From Dehalococcoidia bacterium (GTDB lineage: Bacteria; Chloroflexota; Dehalococcoidia; Lucifugimonadales; Australimonadaceae), in assembly GCA_965116015.1 (NCBI GenBank), contig OZ220477.1:2189704-2253703 (forward strand): DNA of 64,000 bases, given 5' to 3'. A program made the position numbers and the translations under genes. The notes below the pieces were generated by a model that saw nothing but the letters and a program-made list of their open reading frames with translations, searched no databases and was not told where the DNA came from. How positions within the stretch are numbered: position 1 is the stretch's first letter; the number at the start of each line of letters is the position of its first letter. Shown piece after piece: positions 45,722 to 54,660 of this stretch.

Positions 45722-46837
45722 ATGGATGGCCAACGATTCATCGCGCTGGTGGACCTCGACGCTTTCTACGCCTCGGTTGAGGAGGTCGAAGATTCCAGTC
45801 TCGTGGGGAGGCCGCTGCTCATCGGCGGCAGCCCGGCGTCGCGCGGCGTTGTCGCTACGGCGTCGTACGCCGCGCGCAAGCGCGGCTGCCGTTCGGGGAT
45901 GCCGATGTCGCAGGCTGTTCGTCTGTGCCCGGACGCGATCGTGAGGTCGCCCCGCTTTCATCTCTACCGCGACTACTCGGGCAAGGTGATGGAGATTCTG
46001 CGCCGGGAGTCGGAGCTCGTGCAGCAGATGTCGATCGATGAGGCGTACGTCGATCTGACCTCGGCTGCCGGGTCGATAGAGGAGGCGGGGGGTCTTGCGC
46101 GCCGTATGCGGGGGCGCATACGGGCGGAGGCGGGTTTGCCGTGCTCGGTGGGTCTTGCGGGGAACAGGATGGTGGCGAAAATCGCGTGCGAGACGGGCAA
46201 GCCATCCGGGTTCGTAGTTGTGCGTCCGGGTGAGGAGGGGCGTTTTCTGGCCGGGCTGGATGTGCGTTCGCTGCCCGGGGTTGGGCCGTCTGCGGCCCGG
46301 CGGCTGAACGCGCACGGGTTTGAGAGGCTTGGGCAGGTTGCGGAGGCTCCGCCGGCGGCGCTGATAGCGGCGCTCGGGCCGTGGGGGGCTGCGCTCGCGC
46401 GGCGCGCCCGGGGGGAGGATCACTCGCCTGTTACGACCGAGCGCGAGACGAAGTCGATCAGCTCGGAGGAGACGTTCGCGGAGGATGTGGCGGAGCGCGG
46501 GGTTCTTGCCGCCGAGCTTGGTTCGATGGCGGGCAGGGTCGCTCGCTCGCTCGACCGGCACGGTCTTGTGGGGCGGACGGTTACGGTCAAGCTGCGCTAC
46601 TCGGATTTCACCACGCTGACGCGGTCGTCGAGCCGGGAGAGCGCGACGTCTCACTCGGATGCGATACTGGGGGAGGCGCTGCGCTTGCTCGACGCTAATT
46701 GGGTTGAGGGGGAGCCTGTTCGGCTGATAGGAGTTGGGGTGAGCAATCTTCGGCCTGTGCAGGCGGCGGGGCAGTTTCGTATGGACGCGCTCATCGAGGC
46801 TGTGGGGGCGAGAGGTTCGGCGGGCTCCGGGGTGTGA
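45722..46837 (+). CDS. dinB: DNA polymerase IV (Y-family)
   Basis: Contains FIALVDLDAFYASVE and SIDEAYVDLT. Confidence 0.9.
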   Translation: MDGQRFIALVDLDAFYASVEEVEDSSLVGRPLLIGGSPASRGVVATASYAARKRGCRSGMPMSQAVRLCPDAIVRSPRFHLYRDYSGKVMEILRRESELVQQMSIDEAYVDLTSAAGSIEEAGGLARRMRGRIRAEAGLPCSVGLAGNRMVAKIACETGKPSGFVVVRPGEEGRFLAGLDVRSLPGVGPSAARRLNAHGFERLGQVAEAPPAALIAALGPWGAALARRARGEDHSPVTTERETKSISSEETFAEDVAERGVLAAELGSMAGRVARSLDRHGLVGRTVTVKLRYSDFTTLTRSSSRESATSHSDAILGEALRLLDANWVEGEPVRLIGVGVSNLRPVQAAGQFRMDALIEAVGARGSAGSGV

Positions 46838-46841
46838 GGGG

Positions 46842-47813
46842 ATGTTGCTGATCAGCGAGGATGAGGTTCGCCGACTTCTGCCGATGGTGGAGTGCGTGGA
46901 CGCGCTCGAGGGGGCGTTCGCGGAGTGGGCGCGAGGGACGGTGTCGAATGCTCCGCGCTACCGGTTGCCGCTGATGCGGGGATCGCAGCAGGTGATGGCC
47001 GGGATGTCGCACGAGATCGGGGCCGCCGGTTTGAAGACGTATGTGTCGGGCGCGGGGGGAGGCAGCCGTATGGTTGCGCTGCTGTTCGGCGCCGACGATG
47101 GGGAGCCGCTTGCGGTAATCGCCGCGAACGCGCTGGGGCAGATCCGGACGGGAGCGGCAAGCGGGGTTGCGACGCGCCATATGGCGCGGGAGGATGCGCG
47201 GAGCGTGGGCGTTATCGGCAGCGGGAGGCAGGCGGAGACGCAGCTGGCGGCGATGTGCGCGGTGCGTCCGATCGAGCGCGCGCTCGTTTACAGCCGGACA
47301 TCTGAGCGGAGGGAGGCGTTCGCCGAGCGGATGACCGCGTTGCTGGGGATCGACGCGCGGGCGGTTGGCTCCGCGCGAGAGGCGGTGGAGGAGGCGGACA
47401 TCGTTTGCGCGATCACGAACTCGCGGGAGCCTGTGTTCGAGGGAGGTTCGCTGCGCTCCGGCGCTCACGTGAACGCGGCGGGGAGCAACCACTGGATGCG
47501 GCGCGAGATCGACGAGGCGACGATTCGGCGCAGCGCGCTCATCGTGGCGGACGATGTGGAGGACGCGAAGATCGAGTGCGGGGAGCTCATCTGGGCGGCG
47601 GAGCGCCGCGTGTTCCGGTGGGAGCAGGCGGTTGACTTGAAGGATGTGGTTAGCGGGCGCGTCCGGGGCCGTCCGTCTTCTGACTCGATTACACTGTTCG
47701 AGTCGCAAGGGCTTGCGATAGAGGACGTTGCGGCGGGGATGGTTGTGTATCGCAAGGCTGTCGCCGCGGGGCTTGGGCGGCGAGTGGATCTGTGGGGGGC
47801 TGCGGAGGAGTAG
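46842..47813 (+). CDS. Ornithine cyclodeaminase/mu-crystallin family protein
   Basis: Contains the Rossmann segment VGVIGSGRQAETQLAAM and NAAGSN. Length fits the family. Confidence 0.8.
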   Translation: MLLISEDEVRRLLPMVECVDALEGAFAEWARGTVSNAPRYRLPLMRGSQQVMAGMSHEIGAAGLKTYVSGAGGGSRMVALLFGADDGEPLAVIAANALGQIRTGAASGVATRHMAREDARSVGVIGSGRQAETQLAAMCAVRPIERALVYSRTSERREAFAERMTALLGIDARAVGSAREAVEEADIVCAITNSREPVFEGGSLRSGAHVNAAGSNHWMRREIDEATIRRSALIVADDVEDAKIECGELIWAAERRVFRWEQAVDLKDVVSGRVRGRPSSDSITLFESQGLAIEDVAAGMVVYRKAVAAGLGRRVDLWGAAEE

Positions 47814-47833
47814 GGGAGAGGGCTGTTCGAGTT

Positions 47834-48145
47834 ATGGCCGAGGCGAAGTATGAGCCGGAATCTATCGACATCACGCCCGACGGGCTGCACATCGTGTGGA
47901 AGGACGGGGTGGAGTCGCTGCTGCCGCACCGTTACTTGCGGGGGCATTGCGGGTGCGCGCAGTGCGTGGACGAGATTACGCACGTCCGGCGCGTTGGGGT
48001 TGACGACGCGCCGCTGGACGTAGCCGTCGAGGCGTATCTGGAGGTTGGGCGCTACGCGGTGGGGCTGCTGTTCAGCGACCTGCACGAGACTGGGATCTTC
48101 CCGTTCAGGCAGCTGCGCGGTATGTCGGAGCAGTCTGCAGGGTGA
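47834..48145 (+). CDS. DUF971 (gamma-butyrobetaine hydroxylase-like N-terminal domain) protein
   Basis: Contains HIVWKDGVESLLPHRYLRGHCGCAQC. Confidence 0.75.
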   Translation: MAEAKYEPESIDITPDGLHIVWKDGVESLLPHRYLRGHCGCAQCVDEITHVRRVGVDDAPLDVAVEAYLEVGRYAVGLLFSDLHETGIFPFRQLRGMSEQSAG

Positions 48146-48253
48146 TCCGGCTGGCGGGGAGGGCTCTGCTACACTACGCTTGGCCGCCGCTAGGCGGCCA
48201 GTTCGCGCGAGGGGATTGCGGGAGATGCAGTGGGGAATTGCGAGGGGATGCGG

Positions 48254-48577
48254 ATGACTGAACAGGCAGCACAGCGTCTCTCCGCCGCGGAGGTTCGTCA
48301 GGTTGCGGCGCTCTGCCACATTGCGCTCACCGACGAGGAGGTCGAGCGTCTCCGGGAGGAGATGGCGAAACTCCTCGGGGAGGTGAGGGTTCTGCGGAGC
48401 ATCGATACGGCTGGCGTCGAGCCTACCGGTCACGCTGTCGCCGACATCCACACGGTGATGCGGGCTGACGAGCCGCGGGCGCCCCTGGATCGGGAGGACG
48501 CGCTCGCCAATGCTCCGCGGCGCGAGGGGGATTTCTTCCGCGTGCGAGCGGTGATGGAAGATTCGGACGAGTCGTAG
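48254..48577 (+). CDS. gatC: Asp/Glu-tRNA amidotransferase subunit C
   Basis: Contains VRQVAALCHIALTDEEVERL...D.EPT.H. The start could be 48248. Confidence 0.85.
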   Translation: MTEQAAQRLSAAEVRQVAALCHIALTDEEVERLREEMAKLLGEVRVLRSIDTAGVEPTGHAVADIHTVMRADEPRAPLDREDALANAPRREGDFFRVRAVMEDSDES

Positions 48578-48578
48578 C

Positions 48579-50054
48579 GTGCCGGAGATTCACTACCTGA
48601 CCGCTGCGGAGATGGCGAAAGCTCTTCGCTCGCGGGAGATTTCCGCCGTCGAGCTGGCGGACGCGCATCTGCGGCGCATCGCCCGCATCGATCCGGAGGT
48701 TGGCGCGTATCTCGCGGTTACGCCGGAGCTTGCGCGAGAGCAGGCCGAGAGAGCCGACGCTCGCATCGCTCAGGGCGACGCCGCTCCGCTCGCCGGCGTT
48801 CCGATGCAGCTGAAGGACAACCTGTCGACTCGGGGGGCGCCGACGACGTGCGCGTCTGCGATGCTCGCCGGCTACTGTCCGCCGTACGACGCGGCGGTCG
48901 CGACGGCTTTGGCGGATGCGGGGGCAGCGCTGCTCGGCAAGGGCAATATGGACGAGTTCGCGATGGGGTCGTCGAATGAGACTTCCGCGTTCAAGCCGGC
49001 GCGGAATCCGTGGGATCTGTCGCGCGTTCCCGGCGGGTCGAGCGGCGGCCCTGCGGCGGCGGTGGCGGCTGGTCTGGCGCCCTTTGCTTTGGGCTCCGAC
49101 ACTGGCGGCTCCATCCGGCAGCCTGCGGCGCTGTGCGGCGTCGTTGGGCTTAAGCCGACCTATGGCCTGGTGTCGCGGTACGGGCTCATCGCTTTCGCGT
49201 CCTCGCTGGATCAGATCGGCCCTCTGACGCGGTCGGTTGAGGACGCCGCTCTCGCGCTCAACGTTATTGCGGGACACGATCCGCGTGATTCGACGAGCAT
49301 TCCGGGCGCTGCGCCCGATTATCGCGATGGGCTTGAGGCTGGCGTGAAGGGGTTGCGCGTGGGCGTTGTTCCGGAGTACTTCGGCGACGGGATCGACCCG
49401 TCGGTCGCGGCGGCGGTCAGGGCGGCGATCGCGGAGCTGGAGGGGCTCGGGGCCGAGATTACGGAGCGCTCGCTCCCCACATCCCGCGCCGCGCTTGCGG
49501 TCTACTACGTAATCGCGCCGTCGGAGTGCTCGGCGAACCTTGCGAGGTACGACGGCGTGAAGTACGGCTACTCGGACGAGGAGGCCGGCAGCATGTGGGC
49601 GGCGCTCGACGCTACGCGCCGGGCGGGGTTCGGAGAGGAAGTGCGCCGGCGGATTATGATCGGCACGTACGCGCTCTCCGCCGGCTACTACGACGCGTAC
49701 TACAAGAAAGCGCAGCAGACGCGCACGCTCATCCGGCGGGAGTTCGACGCGGCGTTCCGGGATGTGGACGTTCTTGCGCTGCCTACGGCGCCGGGCGTTG
49801 CGTTCGAGATAGGGGGCATCGTGGACCCGCTTGTTATGCACGCGAACGACATCTGCACGATTCCGGCGAATATCGCTGGCATTCCGGGGATATCGGTTCC
49901 TTGCGGATTCGTGGATGGGCTTCCGGTGGGTCTTCAGCTGCTGGGGCCGCATCTCAGCGAGCGCGTCCTGCTCCGCGCCGGTTACGCGTACGAGCAGACG
50001 ACGAGTTGGAGCTCGCGTCATCCTGATCTGTCCGCGCTTGCGGCGGACGTCTAG
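48579..50054 (+). CDS. gatA: Asp/Glu-tRNA amidotransferase subunit A
   Basis: Amidase signature GGSSGGPAAAVAAG...GSDTGGSIRQPAA. Confidence 0.95.
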   Translation: MPEIHYLTAAEMAKALRSREISAVELADAHLRRIARIDPEVGAYLAVTPELAREQAERADARIAQGDAAPLAGVPMQLKDNLSTRGAPTTCASAMLAGYCPPYDAAVATALADAGAALLGKGNMDEFAMGSSNETSAFKPARNPWDLSRVPGGSSGGPAAAVAAGLAPFALGSDTGGSIRQPAALCGVVGLKPTYGLVSRYGLIAFASSLDQIGPLTRSVEDAALALNVIAGHDPRDSTSIPGAAPDYRDGLEAGVKGLRVGVVPEYFGDGIDPSVAAAVRAAIAELEGLGAEITERSLPTSRAALAVYYVIAPSECSANLARYDGVKYGYSDEEAGSMWAALDATRRAGFGEEVRRRIMIGTYALSAGYYDAYYKKAQQTRTLIRREFDAAFRDVDVLALPTAPGVAFEIGGIVDPLVMHANDICTIPANIAGIPGISVPCGFVDGLPVGLQLLGPHLSERVLLRAGYAYEQTTSWSSRHPDLSALAADV

Positions 50055-50248
50055 CCGCGCAGGGGGGGCGCCTGCGCCCTCGCGGTCTGTCGCGCGCAGC
50101 TCCGAACGGCGCGCCCGCGCGAGGGTGGAGTAGCGCCTGCTTCGCGGAGCCGTAGATGTAGATGGGTACGGCGCGCCCGCGCGAGGCGCGAGGGGAAGGC
50201 GCAGGTTGGAGGGGGGTCTGGGGTTTGTGAAATCGGGCACAATGAGGT

Positions 50249-50277
50249 TTGACGTTCGGTCGGCGCGGCGCTAGAGT
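50249..50277 (+). promoter_or_regulatory. Possible promoter of guaB3 (TTGACG-17-TAGAGT)
   Basis: Hexamers read directly. GGGAGG lies 8 nt before the ATG at 50314. Confidence 0.4.
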
Positions 50278-50313
50278 TCGCCTAATATGCACAATCTCTT
50301 GGGAGGCCGCGCG

Positions 50314-51474
50314 ATGGCGCCACCAACGCTGCCAGGCGTCCGTGTACGTGAAATGCGCAGAACCTACGGGTTCGAGGAAGTCGCCATCGTTCCCGGCGAT
50401 GTGACTACGAATCCGGAGCTCTCGGCGACGAACTTCAGGATCGGGCCGCACGAGTTCGCGATTCCCATTTTGGCGTCTGCGATGGACGCTATCGTCGATC
50501 CGCGATTCGCGGGGCTTATGGCAAGGGCTGGCGGCCTCGGGGTGATGAACATCGAGGGGTTGTATTGCCGGTACGAGGATCCGACGGACGCGCTGCGGGC
50601 GATAGCGTCGGCTCCCCGCGAGAGCGTTACCGAGGTTCTCCAGCGCGTGTACGCGTCGCCGTTCAGGGAGGAGCTCGTTGCGCGGCGGGTGCAGGAGACC
50701 AAGGCCGCTGGAGCGGTCGCGGCGGTTTCGATCACGCCGCAGAACGCGAAACGCATCGCTCCGCTTGCGGTCGAGGCGGGGGCGGACATCATTGTGGTGC
50801 AGTCGACGGTGACGACGGCCCGGCATATCTCGAACAGCTTCTCGGGTTTGCGTTTGAACGAGCTGACCCGGCAGATCGGCGTTCCGATGCTGGTGGGGAA
50901 CACGGTGACGGCGAGCGCGTCGATGGAGCTGATGGAGCAGGGGGTGGACGGCGTGCTGGTGGGGGTTGGCCCCGGGGCGGCGTGCACGACGCGGGATGTT
51001 ACGGGGGTGGGCGTGCCGCAGGTTTCGGCGACGCTTGAGGTTGCGGCGGCGCGGGACGAGTTCTACGCGCGCACGGGAAAGTATGTGGTTGTGATTACCG
51101 ACGGGGGGATCCGCATTGGGGGCGACCTGTGCAAGGCGATCGCGGCGGGAGCCGACGCGGTGATGATCGGCACGCCGTTCGCGCAGACGGAGGAGGCTCC
51201 GGGTTCGGGCTACAACTGGGGGATGGCGAGTCCGCATCCGGCGTTGCCGCGCGGCGCACGGATACAGGTGGGGGCGCAGGCGAGCCTCGAGCAGGTGTTG
51301 TTCGGGCCGAGCCGCCGAACGGACGGGGCGCACAATCTTGTGGGGGCGCTGCAGATCTGTATGAGCATGGTGGGCGCGCAGACGATCGACGAGTTCCACG
51401 AGAGGGCGGAGCTGGTTGTTGCGCCGACGATTGCGACGGAAGGGAAGATCTTCCAGCGCTCCGGGCAGATTTAG
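50314..51474 (+). CDS. guaB3: GuaB3-type IMP dehydrogenase-related protein (no CBS pair)
   Basis: Contains [15 protein letters not shown]..., a TIM-barrel IMPDH-like core and [17 protein letters not shown]. Confidence 0.85.
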   Translation: MAPPTLPGVRVREMRRTYGFEEVAIVPGDVTTNPELSATNFRIGPHEFAIPILASAMDAIVDPRFAGLMARAGGLGVMNIEGLYCRYEDPTDALRAIASAPRESVTEVLQRVYASPFREELVARRVQETKAAGAVAAVSITPQNAKRIAPLAVEAGADIIVVQSTVTTARHISNSFSGLRLNELTRQIGVPMLVGNTVTASASMELMEQGVDGVLVGVGPGAACTTRDVTGVGVPQVSATLEVAAARDEFYARTGKYVVVITDGGIRIGGDLCKAIAAGADAVMIGTPFAQTEEAPGSGYNWGMASPHPALPRGARIQVGAQASLEQVLFGPSRRTDGAHNLVGALQICMSMVGAQTIDEFHERAELVVAPTIATEGKIFQRSGQI

Positions 51475-51612
51475 CGCTTCGTACGCTTTCTACTGGCTCT
51501 TGGGGCGGCTGGCTCTTTGGGGCGGCGCGGTTCGTTCTCAGGGGTTGAGCGCGAGGGTTTCGGGCTCGGCGGGGGCGTCGTTGCCGCGCAGGCGAGGCGA
51601 TGTCTTGGGGGG

Positions 51613-51638
51613 GCGCCTCTCTTTGAAACGGAGACACT
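51613..51638. repeat. Left direct repeat flanking the higBA cassette (GCGCCTCTCTTTGAAACGGAGACACT)
   Basis: Matches 53195-53221 except for one extra T there. Confidence 0.85.
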
Positions 51639-51711
51639 ACCGGCGGCGGAGGCAGGGGTTGCGAGGAGTTGAGAAACTAGCGTATGGTGTTACCTGATAG
51701 GTAACGAATGC

Positions 51712-52047
51712 GTGGATGTCGTCTTCAAAACATCGAAACTCGCGAAGATCTTCAATTCGGGCAAAGCGCTCCAGAAGGAGTACGGCCCCCGGATGGCGCG
51801 GGTGATTATGATTCGGATGGCTGTTCTGAGGAACGCTCGGTCGCTATCGCAGGTTCCCACTACTCCGCCGGAGCGACGTCATCTGCTTACGGGCGAGCAC
51901 AGAGATCATTACGCGGTGGACCTCGTTCATCCGCGCCGGCTGATTTTCCGGCCCGCCGAGGAGCCCGCTCCGCGGCGGCAGGACGGGGGAATCGACACGG
52001 ACGAAGTGACGGCAGTGCAAGTGGTCGGCGTGGTTGACTATCACTGA
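51712..52047 (+). CDS. higB: HigB-type (plasmid maintenance system killer, RelE-fold) toxin
   Basis: Contains F..SKL.K.F..GK...KEYG...A..I..R...L......L..V......R.H.L.G and a C-terminal ...VVDYH, typical of the HigB/killer family. Lower G+C. Confidence 0.8.
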   Translation: MDVVFKTSKLAKIFNSGKALQKEYGPRMARVIMIRMAVLRNARSLSQVPTTPPERRHLLTGEHRDHYAVDLVHPRRLIFRPAEEPAPRRQDGGIDTDEVTAVQVVGVVDYH

Positions 52048-52061
52048 AGGGAGTCGATGTG

Positions 52062-53159
52062 ATGGCTCGGGTCACGATGCAGTACAAGCCGGATTATGCC
52101 GCTCCCCCCGGTTGGGCGCTTGAAGAGCGACTCGATGCGATGGGCATTTCGCAAGCTGAGTTCGCCCGGCGATGCGGGAGGTCTCCGAAGCTAATAAGTC
52201 AGATCATTGCGGGCGCCGCGCCTGTAGAACCGGAATCCGCGCTCCAGTTCGAACGGGCGCTGGGGGTCGACGCCTCGATTTGGCTAGGCATCGAATCCGA
52301 TTATCGGCTTCACCTTGCGAAGGAGCGAGAGCGAGCGAAGATGGCGGAGGCTACGGAGTGGGCAGGGAAGTTCCCTGTTGCCGAACTGGTGAAGCGAGGC
52401 GCCATCCTCAAACCGACGTCGAAGGGAGACGCGGTTCAGAGGCTGCTGGAGTTCTTCGGCGTGGCCTCAGTGCGAGCTTGGGAAGGGCGCATGCGCAGCA
52501 CAGCCTACGCCTACCGTCATTCTCCTGCCTTTAAGAGTGAAGAGGCGGTCTTGGCGGTCTGGCTTCGTTTGGGAGAGCTAGAGGCTGAGGAGATTGCCTG
52601 CGCACCGTACAGTGAGGCGCGGTTCAAGCAGGCATTGCTCCGGATCCGTGAGATTACCGCGTTCCCCACGGCGGAGACTCTCGCCGAGGCTCAGCGCGAG
52701 TGTCAGGAGAGCGGGGTGGCCCTGGCTATTGTCAAACCGCTGCCCCAAACGGCGCTCAGCGGCGCAAGCCGATGGCTGAATCCCCGCAAAGCCGCCATAC
52801 AGTTGACGGCGCGACACTTGAGCGACGACCAACTATGGTTCAGCTTGTTTCATGAAGCCGCACACTTGCTGCTCCACAGCAAGAAGCAGGCATACGTTGA
52901 TGCGACGAATCCGGAGGAAGTCACAGGGGAGGAAGCAGAGGCCAACAAGTGGGCGGCGGACTTCTTGATTCCACCTGACGCATGGAGCGAATTCGTCGAC
53001 GCAGACGCCTTTACGGCCGCCAGCGTTGAGCTGTTCGCCGAGGAACAGGGCATTTGTCCCGGCATCGTCGTAGGGCGGCTTCAGCACGAGCGCTATGTGC
53101 GCTGGAATCGTCTCAACCAGTTGAAGGTCAAATTGCGGTGGGGCGACGCTGCCAGCTAG
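52062..53159 (+). CDS. Long HigA-like antitoxin: XRE-type HTH fused to an ImmA/IrrE (M78) metallopeptidase domain
   Basis: HTH segment GISQAEFARRCGRSPKLISQIIAG and the HExxH motif FHEAAHLLLH in the C-terminal half. Confidence 0.8.
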   Translation: MARVTMQYKPDYAAPPGWALEERLDAMGISQAEFARRCGRSPKLISQIIAGAAPVEPESALQFERALGVDASIWLGIESDYRLHLAKERERAKMAEATEWAGKFPVAELVKRGAILKPTSKGDAVQRLLEFFGVASVRAWEGRMRSTAYAYRHSPAFKSEEAVLAVWLRLGELEAEEIACAPYSEARFKQALLRIREITAFPTAETLAEAQRECQESGVALAIVKPLPQTALSGASRWLNPRKAAIQLTARHLSDDQLWFSLFHEAAHLLLHSKKQAYVDATNPEEVTGEEAEANKWAADFLIPPDAWSEFVDADAFTAASVELFAEEQGICPGIVVGRLQHERYVRWNRLNQLKVKLRWGDAAS

Positions 53160-53173
53160 AGGCATAAAACTGA

Positions 53174-53208
53174 GCTGCCCACCCCAATCGGGCAGCGCCT
53201 CTCTTTTG
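53174..53208 (+). terminator. Hairpin GCTGCCC-accccaatc-GGGCAGC followed by gcCTCTCTTTTg
   Basis: Read directly, 15 nt after the antitoxin stop. The U-tract overlaps the right direct repeat. Confidence 0.5.
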
Positions 53209-53221
53209 AAACGGAGACACT
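53195..53221. repeat. Right direct repeat flanking the higBA cassette (GCGCCTCTCTTTTGAAACGGAGACACT)
   Basis: See the left copy at 51613-51638. Confidence 0.85.
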
Positions 53222-53383
53222 GCGGCGATAGCGGGGCGGGTTTGACTGTCGCCTGCGGCGCTCCGTATCCTAGGCGCGCAGCCTACCCCGGGACGCCGGG
53301 GCGGCTAGCTCCCTCGCTTCCGAGGGCCCGCTCGTCGACCGGACCGTATCGGCCGGCACGACGGTCAGGAGGGCTTTCGCACG

Positions 53384-54367
53384 ATGAACGGCGCGCTAAC
53401 CGACGTGCCCGGCTTGGCCGTAGGGCATTACACTGACGCGGAGAGCGGCTCCGGCTGCACGGCGGCGCTTGCTCTCGAGGGCGCTACGGGGGGCGTGGAT
53501 GTGCGAGGCGCAGCCCCGGGAACGCGCGAGACGGATCTGCTGCGGGCGGAGAATACGGTGGAGGCGGCGCACGCTATTGTGCTGAGCGGGGGCAGCGCGT
53601 ACGGCCTTGCCTCGGCGGTAGGGGTGATGCGGCTGCTCGAAGAGCGAGGGGTGGGGCATCGCGTGGGGCGGCACATCGTGCCGATTGTGCCGGCGGCGAT
53701 AATCTTCGATCTTGGGGTTGGCCGGGCGGATGTGCGGCCGGGCCCGGAGGACGGCTACGCCGCGGCGAGCCGCGCCTCGACATCGAATGTGGAGCAGGGG
53801 AGCGTGGGAGCCGGGACGGGGGCGACTGTCGGCAAGGCGCTTGGGCGCGAGCGGGCGATGAAGGGCGGGCTTGGCTGCGCGTCGATGGACCTCGGGGAGG
53901 GCGTCGTGCTTGCGGCGATGACGGTGGTGAACGCGGTGGGAGGGGTGCACGATCCGGAGACGGGCAGGCTGCTGGCGGGCCCGCGAGGGGACGACGGCTC
54001 TCCGGTGGATAGCGTCGGCGTCTACGCTGATCCGGGCTACGGCAGGAACGCTGCGGCGCCGGCTAGTCTCGGCAACACGACGATCGGCATTGTGGCGTGC
54101 AACGCGCGGCTGACGAAGGCGCAGGCGAACCGTCTGGCGACAGTCGCGCACGACGGGCTGGCGCTCGCCATCCGCCCTGTGCACACGGCGCACGACGGCG
54201 ACACGATGTTCGCGCTGGCCACTGGGGGGATCGACGCTCCGGAGGAGTTTCCCCGGCTGTGCGCGCTGACGCCTACGGTTGTCGCGCGCTCGATCGTCGC
54301 CGCCATCCGGAGCGCGACGGGGCTGCACGGATTTCCGTCGGCGTCGGAGCTGTTTGGCGATGGTTGA
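53384..54367 (+). CDS. P1/S58-family peptidase (DmpA/L-aminopeptidase-like)
   Basis: Contains LTDVPGLAVGHYTD...GCTA......GGVDVRGAAPGTRETDLL and NTTIGIVA. Confidence 0.85.
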   Translation: MNGALTDVPGLAVGHYTDAESGSGCTAALALEGATGGVDVRGAAPGTRETDLLRAENTVEAAHAIVLSGGSAYGLASAVGVMRLLEERGVGHRVGRHIVPIVPAAIIFDLGVGRADVRPGPEDGYAAASRASTSNVEQGSVGAGTGATVGKALGRERAMKGGLGCASMDLGEGVVLAAMTVVNAVGGVHDPETGRLLAGPRGDDGSPVDSVGVYADPGYGRNAAAPASLGNTTIGIVACNARLTKAQANRLATVAHDGLALAIRPVHTAHDGDTMFALATGGIDAPEEFPRLCALTPTVVARSIVAAIRSATGLHGFPSASELFGDG

Positions 54368-54660
54368 GCGGCCGCGCATCGCATTCGTGGGAGCGGGCAG
54401 GCTGGCCGGCGCGCTGGCGCCGGAGCTGGCGAGGCTCGGCTACTCTGTGGCCGCAGTGGCGAGCCGGTCGCGAGCGTCGGCTATCCGGAGCGCGACGGGG
54501 CTGCACGGATTTCCGTCGGCGTCGGAGCTGCCTGGCGATGGTTGAGCGGCCGCGCATCGCGTTCGTGGGAGCGGGCAGGCTGGCCGGCGCGCTGGCGCCG
54601 GAGCTGGCGAGGCTCGGCTACTCTGTGGCCGCGGTGGCGAGCCGGTCGCGAGCGTCGGCG
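54303..54660. repeat. Direct tandem duplication, 2 x 178 bp, 4 mismatches, spanning the S58-peptidase stop and the overlapping start of the next gene
   Basis: The ATGGTTGAGCGGCCGCGCATCGC... start context occurs at both 54360 and 54538. Copy 1 creates a 62-aa chimeric ORF at 54360-54545. Confidence 0.9.

Noticed and set aside
53206-53436. 76-aa ORF starting inside the right direct repeat
   Set aside because: It starts at TTG within the repeat, is Arg/Pro/Gly-rich, and overlaps the S58 peptidase start region. I consider it spurious.
54279-54545. 88-aa ORF as an independent gene
   Set aside because: It is a chimera produced by the 178-bp tandem duplication, consisting of the N-terminus of the DUF2520 gene fused to a second copy of the peptidase tail. 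I report it as a by-product, not a gene.
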